64,000 nt of DNA. It comes from Amoebidium appalachense (Eukaryota > Protista > Ichthyosporea). Under the pieces are notes generated by a model. It was given only the letters and a program-made list of their open reading frames with translations. It did not search any database and had not been told where the DNA came from. Position numbers and translations under genes: made by a program. Of the stretch, positions 9,054 to 20,200 are shown one piece after another. Where the stretch lies: contig CAVNZM010000003.1 of the NCBI GenBank assembly GCA_963693365.1, positions 965,506-1,029,505 of the forward strand, given 5' to 3'. Each line of letters opens with the position of its first letter. The stretch's first letter is position 1.

Positions 9054-10596
9054 AGGTGTGTGCATGTGTGCGCATATGCGTGTGTGTGTGGGTCGTGTGT
9101 GTGCATATGCGTGTGTGTGTGTGTGTATGCGGGTGACACTGCGCGAATTTCGTGTGTGTGTGTGTGTATGTGTGCGCCTGTGTGTTTGTTTGTTTGTCAG
9201 TGTGTGGGTGGGTATGCGTGTGCGTGTGCGTGTGCGTGTGCGTGTGTGCATGTGTGTGTGTGTGCGTGTGTTTGTGTGTGTGTGTGCGTGTGTGTGTGCA
9301 GGACCGTTCCCTACATGTGTGTGTCTGTGTGTGTGCCAGTGTATAATTTGTGTACCTTCCAAACAAAATCCCCATGCAAGCGAAATAAATAAGAAAACAA
9401 CTTCTAAATCCACAAACTAAAACAAAACAGAAATGGCCTTTCCAATTCAAACCCCAATAATAAAAACGTGGCATATGCGATATATGCATGTGCACACTCA
9501 AAATGATATGTGTGATTATGGGTCCATTTTAAGATTTCACTTTTACATACTGCAGCGTGCATGATGCTCAACTTTCAAGCCCATGCGCATGCATTGGCCT
9601 GCCTGTGCAATGCCATTGCCTTATGTCCGTAATGTGCCATAGAACGCGAGGGTGTCATGCAGTTCACGGCATTCTCGTGCCTGTGCTTAAGTTGTCCCCC
9701 CCCCCCCCCCCCCCCACCCCCATCCCCCTCCCCCCCCGCCCCTTCCCCCCCGGGGGTCCCTCCCCACCCCCCCCCCCCCCCCTTCCCCCCCACCTCCCTG
9801 CCCTCTCCCCCCCCCCCCCCCCTCCCCCCTTCCCGCCGAGTCCTTCCAACCCCCTGAGCCCCGCTCCCCCCTCCATTCTCCCCCTTCCTCCTCGCTCCTC
9901 CTGTCCCGTGGGGCTGTTTTGGGACGGGTCCCGGGTGAAAGCTTCGAAGATGTTGTTGTCCCCCCCCTCCCCCCCCCCCCCTCCCCTACACCCCCCCCCC
10001 CCCCCCCTCCTCCTCTTCACCCAACACCACCACCAAACCCACCCACCCATGGCCACAAGAACAAGAAAAAAAGAAAAAAAAGAAAGAAAAAAAAAAAACA
10101 AAAAAAAAAAGCACCTCACCCCAGAAAACGGTGAGGGGAGAGGGGATGGTGGTGGTGGTGGTGGTGGTGGTGGTGGCGGTGTTTTTTGAGTGGGTGGGTG
10201 GGTGGGCTGGTGGTGGTGGTGGTGGTGGGGGGGGGGGGGGGGGGGGGGGGGGGGGAGGGGGCAAGGCCTCGTAATCTTGGAGGCGTTGGTAGGGGGGGGG
10301 GGGGGGGTGGTGGTGGTGGTGTTTTGTGCGTGGGTGGGTGGGTGGGAGTGGGGGGGGGGGGGGGGGGGGGGGGGTTCGAGGAGGGGGTGTGGGTGGGTTC
10401 AAAATGCTAAACCAACCCTATTATGGCCGTGGAACTTGAAACTCTTGACCTTGCTCTCCCATTTGGCTGTCAATGAAATTGTGAGTGACCCCTCCCCTGG
10501 TCACTTATGCAGGTCAAGCCATCAGAGGTTAGTGGATGGTCACATGACGGGGATGTGTGCGTGCTGTCGTGTGCCTCTTTTTTTTTTTTGGTCTGT

Positions 10597-10642
<46 letters not shown>

Positions 10643-12109
10643 ATAAATTCAAACATGGCCACCCAAACGTGACTTTTGTTTTTCTAGAACTCGAAAAAAA
10701 AATACGTTGCATTTCAACCAAGGCCTCCCAAATACCAACAATAGGAGGCCTTGGTTCTCAACAAATTTGTAAACGCGGAAAAAGTTGTGTAGTAAGTCAT
10801 GGATACACCATGGCATACACAGCGGCAGCATGCAGATATATCCGCCACACTATATGCCATGCGGTGTTCTTGGTTACGTAAGTGCCGGCACAGCTGATAA
10901 CCTCTGGACATCGGGAATTTCCTAATTAGTTGAAACGTTGCATTCGAACTATCCATTTCTTGGGAGCACGTTATGAAGAGGTGATGACTTCACGATGATT
11001 ACTAGGCCTCTGTTATTATTGAAATAGAAATAATTGAAAATATTTATTTTATTATCAGTGTTAATCCAGAGGCATAGATGTATTTATCTTGCTTTTACCC
11101 TTGCTACGTTACCATTTCCTCATGTTACCGCGACACATGTACACCAAATTTATTTGATTCCAGTGGCAAGATATCTCTTATCGTATATCCATTTATTTTT
11201 TTCATTTTATATTTTCCAGCTATGTTTGCACCGTTCAAACGTTGTAAGACGCTGTAAGACGCTCTTCAACGTTTCTGTGTCAGTTTTGTGTTCACCAACT
11301 TGACTATTTATAGACAACTAATATAGTGATATACTCTGTCAATTACAATAGAGATTATAGAAAAGAAAGGGACTATCAGCTAAGTAGCGCTTTCTTTCAG
11401 CTAACTTCTTTATATGGTAGAAAATTTGGTTGTTAACAGCTATTAGGGCAATTTGTTGGAGCCGTTTTCGCATACTCTGGAAGAAAATAGGTTGTGTTCG
11501 TACCACCACTCAAACGATCTCTTGACAAAGTGCTCCTTGACGGTCAAAGCACTGTGGTTTGAAACGCGTTTTTAGTTTTTCTTCTTTTTTTAACTCAACC
11601 AGCGATTAAGAACTTTTTTTTGCAGAGCATGGTTACTTTTTTGCCTTTTCAACCGGATGAATGACATTTTTTTTAGGTGAAAAACGCGCACTTGTGGACG
11701 AGAGCACGGTAAGAAAATACCGCGTTACGAATACACGCAAACACGTACACAAAGAGGCATACGCACGCACGTATACCTATACGCAACAAAGGCCACCAAT
11801 ACTGAAGATGGGCTATATATATAAGTCACAACAGTAAGAGGCTTTCATCCATAGAATTGATCGTAGTTTTTATTTTCCAAACTTGCACTATCATTTGTAT
11901 ACTTTTCGCTTTCAATCAACTAAGCTAATGAACTTTTTATTACCACTACCAGTAGCACTTTTTGGCACCCTCCCTTGAGTACAAGCACGTCAGCATTCCT
12001 TACATGAACGTACACGAAAACCTGTAACGGTAGGGGAACATCCTCCGAGCCACCACACTTCCGGGGGTGGACTGCCTCATCTGCCTGGCTAGGCAGCAAA
12101 GGGCTGGCC

Positions 12110-13384
12110 ATGCAAGCGCTGGCCAACCACCCACCGACACCCAGCCACACCCGCGTTGAAAAAACCCCGCCCCATGCCTATATTGAGCCCCCCCTCGACG
12201 CTCTGCTGTGCGGCTCCCAGTCGGTTGCCAGCTTTCTGGGCCGGGCGATGAAGGCGCCTCCGAGCCGGTGTGTGGGCGGTGATGGGAACCTGGCGACGGC
12301 TACAAACTCGGGGGGTTACGAGGAGAAAGGGCAACAAAGAGACCTCCCCAGACAACTACATTTGCTGGAACGTGCACCCGATGGGGGTGGGGTGGAAACG
12401 AGCGAGAGGACGGACGGAGAGGGGAGTGAAGTGGAGGGGTGTACACACACGGAAAGGGAGAGGTTACCGGAGAGGGGTGGGGAGGAGAGGGAAGGGGGGA
12501 AGGAAAGAATGACAGCGGGCAGGGTGGTGCGTAGAAGTGAGTTGGGGCAAATAGGCGGTCAACAGACGGCGAACATGCATGAAGAGGTTGAAAAGGGGAG
12601 GCCGGGAAAGACGTTTTCGGGGCTGATGGACTCGGCGCAGGCAAGAGAAAAGGGTGGGCGGGGGCTGTCCGAACTGGTACTACAGGGGCCCAACAGGGAA
12701 AACATGAGCGCAGGTGTGCCGGGGGCTCAAACATCGCCTCTGTCTATGGTGAGTAGGGGGAGTGGGACGGCGCTCACGAGAACAAACTCGGCGCTTCGAC
12801 CACAAATATCGCCAACACCACTCGCTCCGTCAACATTTTCACCGATAAGGGAAGATGCATCACCGGGCATCAACCAAACGCAACCTACGGAAAGTGATGA
12901 GTTCCCTTTGGAAAGAATATTGGGGATAGAGTTGCAACCGATGCCGGAAACCACAACAAACACGACGCTAGGGGAGATGGTTGCGGGGGACGTTTGTGAA
13001 TCTTGCAATCAAGCGATAGAAGCGGATGTTGTGGTAGGGGGGATGGGTGAGGAGAATGAGACGGGGGATGAGGATGGTTTTGTGCTTTCGCCCGTAAAGG
13101 GATGTTGTGGGAAAAGCGCGAGTGACCCAAGCGGCCACGCGGTGCAGAAGCCTACGCGAGCGACAAATAGTTCAGACGGGGGGAAAAAGGTGCGGTTTAT
13201 GGAGGCAAACAACACGACACACCTGATATCGTTTGATGGGGAGAGCAGGAGAGGGGCGTGGGGGGGCGTGGGAGAAGCGAAGAAAACGGAGAAGGGAAAG
13301 AACGAGGCGATGTACAGGGAGGCGGCGGAACAACATAACGAGTTGAAGAATGTGTTTGATATGATCGATGCGTATATCCCGTAG
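12110..13384 (+). CDS. Disordered hypothetical protein or large terminal exon with a KKVRF (RVxF, PP1-docking-like) motif
   Basis: 424-aa non-microsatellite ORF rich in G/E/S/T/P, ending GGKKVRFMEANNTTHLISF and a short helix. The true start is unresolved; the frame is open from ~12008. Confidence 0.6.
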   Translation: MQALANHPPTPSHTRVEKTPPHAYIEPPLDALLCGSQSVASFLGRAMKAPPSRCVGGDGNLATATNSGGYEEKGQQRDLPRQLHLLERAPDGGGVETSERTDGEGSEVEGCTHTERERLPERGGEEREGGKERMTAGRVVRRSELGQIGGQQTANMHEEVEKGRPGKTFSGLMDSAQAREKGGRGLSELVLQGPNRENMSAGVPGAQTSPLSMVSRGSGTALTRTNSALRPQISPTPLAPSTFSPIREDASPGINQTQPTESDEFPLERILGIELQPMPETTTNTTLGEMVAGDVCESCNQAIEADVVVGGMGEENETGDEDGFVLSPVKGCCGKSASDPSGHAVQKPTRATNSSDGGKKVRFMEANNTTHLISFDGESRRGAWGGVGEAKKTEKGKNEAMYREAAEQHNELKNVFDMIDAYIP

Positions 13385-13536
13385 CCTCTTTTTTTCTTTC
13401 TTTTTTTTCCTTTTTCTTTTTTTTTTCCTTTTTTTTTTTTTTTTTTTTTTAGAGGGAGGAGGTTTGGGGGGGGGGGGGGGGGGGGGGACACTGACAAGGG
13501 AAGGGTTTAGGTGCTGCGCGAAGGAAAATGGATCCG

Positions 13537-13572
<36 letters not shown>

Positions 13573-13639
13573 AATATGGGAGGGGAAATCCATGTAGAGG
13601 ACAAGTGTGTTGTAATATGGCCGTGGTGTGTGTGTGTGT

Positions 13640-13673
<34 letters not shown>

Positions 13674-14311
13674 CTGTGTGCCTGCTAACCGGGCAGTCGC
13701 CATCAGCACTGTTTGAGCAGGCGGGTGTGTGTGTGTGTATGTGTGTGTGTGTGTGCGCGCGCACGTGCAAGGGCATTGTATGCACACGTGTGGTTGTGTG
13801 TTGTTTCTTCGCTGTAATGTGTGATTTCTACCGGTGTTAGTGGTTGCAGCTCCTTTCTTTCCATTAGTACGACACTCCAAAGAACGCTAAAGGTATAAGG
13901 TGCGTCGCGTTGTTCCATGTACGCCTTGCACCATTCAGTGTTAAATGTGCTAGGCGCACTTTTTGTATCGAAGGCTGTGAAACGGTGTGCTAGTCGGCTT
14001 GCAAGTTTGGCAATGCATTCCGCTGTGTGGGTTTCCTTTAACAGATCAGGCCGTGAACGTGAAACATAACCATGTATGTTTAAACCTCATGCTTTCAAAG
14101 TAGTGATTTAGATAGCACACGTACACCCACACACGCGCGCACACGTAAGTTGCACACGCTTTCCTTGTACACGCACTTACACACACACCAACATACACAC
14201 ACACACAACGCACACACTCGTGTGCGTGTGCCCCCGCGCGCGCACACACACACACGCACTCACACCCACACCCACGTGCACACACTCGGAAGCACACACA
14301 CACATACACGT

Positions 14312-14359
<48 letters not shown>

Positions 14360-14364
14360 GTACA

Positions 14365-14410
<46 letters not shown>

Positions 14411-14779
14411 CGGCTCAGGCGCCTTAGGCAGCGGTATTCTTAGTACCTTTTTTCATCCTTCCCTTTCCCTAGAGCAATACATAACCACATATCATAGGTT
14501 TCAACCACCTTATCCACTTCTCTTCTTTACCTTTTTGCTCTACGATCTTTGTAACAGTTAGTTCCCTTGCCCGTGTTTTTTTTTTTTTTTCCCGCTGTTA
14601 CGGATATATGCAAATTCCTGTGGAGCGGCAGGATATGTCTACATGCAGGGGGGTCTGAAATCTGGGGTTGATATTAGCCGCACCTAACAATACGAAGAGT
14701 GAATTCTGACATATATAGCTGAAATGTGTCCAACCCTCCCCTCCCCCCCCCCCCCTTCCCCCCCCCCCCCCCCTCCCCC

Positions 14780-14866
14780 GCCCCTTCTCTCCCCGTGCGC
14801 TGGGCCACCAAGGCAAGCCTCAGACTGGCCTTGGTGTGCTGGGTACGTACACGCACACAAACATGG

Positions 14867-14916
<50 letters not shown>

Positions 14917-14986
14917 GTGCACACAAACACACACACATGGACATGCACATGCACACACATGCACACAACGCCTGCGTGCAGGAACG

Positions 14987-15042
<56 letters not shown>

Positions 15043-15450
15043 CACACATGCACACGCACGCACACACACACACACACACACACAGACACACACACACACG
15101 CAGGCACGCGTGCACACCCGCACACATGCACACATGATGAAAGTGGAGGCCATCTCGGCCTGGCGCTTACAATCGCGAATTGTGGATTTAAAAAGGGTGG
15201 TTGCAGGGGGAGGGGAAGGGGGAGGGGGGGGGGGGGGGGGGGAGGTGGGCAAATGGGGATTGCCTTGGGTCATTATGTGTGAATGTGGTAGTAAATGGAT
15301 GCGCCACCTTCTAAATATGGAAATTCCACTTTTTGAAATGTGTACATGCCCTACCTACTACATCTGACACTTTTTTGCAACTTTCGTTGAATGCGGCAAT
15401 GAAAGCGCATTTTAGAATTTCCGCATGGAAATCGGCAAATTTCAGAATTT
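14780..15450 (+). repeat. Dispersed repeat module C, copy 1 (copy 2 at ~23265-23900)
   Basis: Blocks shared in the same order: ctgggccac..ggcaagc..ttggtgtgctgg, (CA)n, aattgtgg.tta.aagggtggt, gtgaatgtgg.ag.aaat, tacatctgacac, aaagcgcatttta, gaaatcggcaa.tttcagaa. Confidence 0.8.
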
Positions 15451-15572
15451 TTGCACAGTTGGCAAATTTCAGTAATCCCGCAAAGAAATCGGAAATTTTC
15501 AGACTCTTTGTACATTTGGCAAATTTCTGTATTTCCGCAAAGAAAACGGAAATTTTCAGAATTTCCGCACAA
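15408..15572. repeat. Short tandem repeat, ~27-28 bp unit (GGCAAATTTCAG..TTTCCGCA.AGAAATC)
   Basis: About six degenerate units with alternating variants. Confidence 0.8.
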
Positions 15573-16077
15573 GTTTGACCATGTTATTTGCCTGTTAATG
15601 GGTTAAAACGGCTCGAGTGCCTACTGGCAGGTGCCTGTGAGTTCCTTAAATCCAACCTAGGCTTACTTCTAGTTTCGGAAATTCCAGAAATTTAGATCAT
15701 CCGAATAGAAATATTGTGAATTTAGATAATCCGAATATTGAGATATCCCAGATATCTGTATCAGATATATATGTTTGAGGCCTGGGCATCTTGTTCAATC
15801 GGAGTGCTCGTGTGTGTTTTTATATGTGTTTGCGTGTGTATTGGATAGGCGAACGAGCGGGAGCGTGTATGTGTGGGGGGGTGGGGGGCTGGGGCACAGA
15901 GGGTGGGTGGGTGTTGGGGGGGGGGGAGGGGGGGGGGGGGGGGGGGATTATAGTAGTATGTGGAAATTCTAAAGCACACACACATACAGCTCGAGTCTAG
16001 AACACAATAAAAAAATTGTCAGCTGAGATAGTACACTAGGTCTAGAGTGATACACGTTCGGCCATTAACATTTTCAA

Positions 16078-16334
16078 AGAGGCTCTGAACCAACCACTGC
16101 TTCTCCCATTCTAGAGGCTGGGCCACGAGCCACATTGGTGAAATCATTTGTTGATAAATGTCACGAAGCCATTTTGGCGCTTAGCTTCAAGATGACTCCA
16201 ACTTTGATGTCGATATTGGTAATATGACCATACACGATTACGTCTTCTGATTGGTGCAAGACATCTGAGAATTGTGGCTCTCGGCTTGCCGCACAAACGC
16301 TAAAATGGGAGAAGCGGTGGTTGGTTTAACATCT
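16078..16334. mobile_element. MITE, Kolobok-like (AG...CT ends, TTAA-type target)
   Basis: Inverted repeats aaccaaccactgcttctcccattctag and ctaaaatgggagaagcggtggttggtt match at 25/27 positions, plus inner gagccaca / tgtggctc. Right flank is TTAA (16335-16338); left flank is TCAA (16074-16077). Confidence 0.7.
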
Positions 16335-16427
16335 TTAAGTTTCTCTGCCCAATCAGTAGTTATTCCCGGCCTTCCCCTCATGTTACCCTTGTACCGTCCC
16401 TATCAGGACTAGATAGTTGCCTTCATC

Positions 16428-16460
<33 letters not shown>

Positions 16461-16608
16461 ATGACGTGTGGATGTGTGCGAGTGTACATACGTATGTGTG
16501 GGCAAGGGGATGGCAGGGGGCGGGGGCAAATGGGTAAGGGGGAAGGGGGGAAGGGGGGGGGGGGGGGGGGGAGGAGGGGGGGGGGGGGGGGGGAGGGGGG
16601 AGGGAAGA

Positions 16609-16923
16609 GACCCTACTCATAAACCAGACACAGCATTCTAAACTTTTTGAACTTCCACATCAGCCTACGTAGACTGCAACAGTCTTTCTTGCTAATTTCA
16701 AATCCGAAACCCCCCCCCCCCCCCCCCCCAATAGATCCATCTACAAATCCGTAAACACTCCATTAGTCTAATTCACTAACCCCCCCCCCCCCCCCCCCCC
16801 ATCTAGGTCTATTTACAAAGAAGCCCCTAATTAGACTATCCACAAATCAGAAATGCACCGGGGCCTACAGGTCACAAGTTCTCAGAGAATTCAGAAACCC
16901 GATGTCTACTGATATCTACAAAT

Positions 16924-16964
<41 letters not shown>

Positions 16965-17170
16965 ATGTTAACGTCTGCGTACCAATAAATTCTAAACCCA
17001 TCATTAGGGTTATCTACAAATCAGAAAAACCCCATTAAGTCTACCAAGTCCTACAAATCAGAAAATCGGCTTATTACGTATATCTACCGTATCAGAAAAT
17101 CACCTTGTTAGGTCCATCTGAACCAAAAATCCGCCATCGGCCTATCTTCGAAACCCAAAATTAGGTCTAC
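16609..17170 (+). repeat. Dispersed repeat module B with ~30-bp TCTATCTACAAATCAGAAAA subrepeats (copy 2 at ~37523-38200)
   Basis: Both copies begin gaccctactcataaac.agacacagcat...actttttgaacttccacatcagcc...tagactgcaacagtctttcttgctaa, followed by repeated ctacaaatcagaaa units. Confidence 0.85.
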
Positions 17171-17227
17171 CTATGAACTAGGATCCCCCCCCCCCCCCCC
17201 CCCCCCCCCCACGTCCAACAAAGGGGG

Positions 17228-20200
17228 AAGTGAAATACTTACGCATACTTTGCCAGTAAAACGGGCAGTGTAATGCCAACGCATACTTAGCACGTCAAAC
17301 CGGGCAGAGAAATACCCACGCATACTTCGCACATAAAACAGGCGGTGGAATACCAACACATACTTAGCACGTAAAACAGGCAAAGAAATACCAATATATA
17401 TACATACTTCGCACCTCAAAACTGGCAGAAAATTACCAACACACACTTCGCGCGTAAAACTGGCAGTGGAACACAAACGCATACTTCGCACATAAAACGG
17501 CTAGTGGAATACCAACACATATGGCGCACATTAAACGGGCAGTGGATTACCAACACATACTTTACACGTTAAACGGTTGCCAACACATACTTCGCACGTT
17601 AAGGGGCGGTGTATAATCCATGCATACTTCGCACGTAAAACAGGCTGTGTAATTCCAACGGATACTTCGCGCCTTTTAAAACGGGCAGACAAATACAAAC
17701 GCATACTTCTCACACAAAACGGGCGGTGTAATTCATACGCATACTTCGCACGTAAAACAGGCAGAGAAATACTAACTCATACTTCGCACGTAAAACGGGC
17801 AGTGTATTTCCAATGCCATACTTCACACTTAAAACAGGCAGAAAAATACCAACACCTACTTTGCACGTAAACCGGCCGGTGTAATTCCAGCGCATACTTT
17901 GCACGTAAAACAGGCGGTGTAATACTAAGCCATACTTCGCACATCAAAACGGGCATAAAAATTCATACGCATACTTCGCACGTAAAACTGGCAGTGTAAT
18001 ACCAACACATACTTCGTACGTAAAACGGGTAGTGGAATTCCAACAAATACTTTGACGTCAAAACGGGCAGAGAAATACCAACACATACTTAGCACGTAAA
18101 ACGGGCGGCGTAAAACCAATGCATACTTCGTATGTCAAAACGGGCATAGAAATACCAACATATGCTTCGCACGTTAAATGGGCGGTGTAATTCTAATGCA
18201 TGCTTCGCACGTAAAATGGGCCCGGGCAAAGAAATACCACCGCATACTTGGCACGTAAAACGGGCGGTGGAATACCAACACATACTTCGCAGGTCAAAAT
18301 GGGCAGAGAAATATCAACACATACTTCGCACGTTAAACGGGCAGTGGAATACCAACGCCTACTTTTCACGTCAAAACAGGTGGTGCCACAATACCAACGC
18401 ATACTTCACATGTAAAACGGGCAGTGGAATACCAGCACTTACTTTGCAAGTCAAAAACGGACAGAGCAATACTAACACATACCTCGTACGTCAAAACGAG
18501 CATCGAAATACCAACACATACTTAAAATGTAAAACGGGCAGTGAAACACCTACACATCAAGGCTTCACACGTAAAACAGGAGTGGAATATCAAACTTTGC
18601 ACTTCAAAACGGGCAGAGAAGTACCAACATATACTTCGCACGTCAAAATGGGCGGAGTAATACCGACGCATACTTCACACGTAAAATGGGCAGGGAAATA
18701 AAACTCATACTTCGCACATAAAACGTGCAGCGGAATACGAACCGAAACTTTGCACATCAAACCGGGCAGAACGTACTACTGAACAACACATACTTTGCAC
18801 GTAAAAATGGCAGTGGAATCCTCCCAACGCATACTTCGCACATCAAAGCGGGCAGAGTAATACAGACACATACTTCGCACGTCAAAACGGGCATTGAAAT
18901 ACCAACGCATTTTTCGCACGTAAACTATTTAGTGGAATAGTAACACATGCTTTGCACGTAAAACGGGCAGTGCATTACCAACGCATGGTTCGCAGTGAAA
19001 ACGGGTAGTGTAATACCAACGCATGCTTCACACATAAAACGGGCACTTTAATCCCAACGCATACTTCGCACGTAAAACGGGCAGTGTAATACCGAAGCCT
19101 ACTTTGCACGTCAATACGGGCAGAGAAATTCCAACCACACTTTGCAAGTAAAACGGGTGGTGTAATTCCAACGCAAAAGTCGCACATAAAATGGACAGAG
19201 AAATGCCAACGCATACTTCGCAAGTAAAACAGGCAGTGGAATACCAACACAGCTTCGCACGGAACGGGTAGTGGAATACCAATGCATACTTCGCACGTCA
19301 AAACTGGCAGAGAAATGCCAACGCATACTTTGCACGTAAAACGGGCGGTGTAATTCCAACGCATACTGCGCACGTAAAACGGGAAGAGAGATACCAGCAC
19401 ATACCGTGCTTGGCGCTTAAAACAGGCGGTGTAATACCAACACATATTTCGCACGTAAAACGGGCGGTGTACTGGTAATTCCAAAACATACTTCGCACGT
19501 AAAACGGGCTATGAAATTCCAATGCACACTTCACACGTAAAACATGCAGTGTAAGTCCAACGCATACTTCACAGGTAAAACAGGCAGAGAAATACCAATG
19601 CATACTTCGCGCGAAAAACGGGCGGTGTAATTCCAACGCATACTTGGCACGTAAAACGGGAAGAGAAATACCAACACATACCGTGCTTACACATATTTCG
19701 CACGTAAAACGGGCGGTGTACTTGTAATTCCAACACATACTTCGCACGTAAAACCGGCAGAAAAATACCAACGCATATTTGGACGTAAAACGTGCGGTGT
19801 AATTCCAACGCATACTTCGCACTTAAAACAGGCAGAGAAATACCAACGCATACTTTGCACGTAAAATGGGCAGCCTGAGAAATACCAGCACATACTTCGC
19901 ACGCAGTGTACTAATTCCAACGCATTCTTCGCACATAAAACGAGCAAAGAAATACCAACGCATACTTGGCACGTAAAGTGGGCGGTGTAATTCCAACGCA
20001 TACTTCGCACGTAAAACGGGCGGGGAAATTTCAAAGCATTCTTCGCACGTAAAACCGGTTGTGTAATTTCAAAGCATACTTTGCACGTAAAACGGGCGGT
20101 GTAATTCCAAAGCTTACTTTACACGTAAAACGGGGAGAGAAATACCAACGCATACTTCGCACGTAAAATGGGGGGTGTGATTCCAACCCACACTTTGCCT

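Noticed and set aside
9900-10560. Short coding-looking islands between G/C tracts on the minus strand
   Set aside because: No recognisable motif or consistent splice chain.
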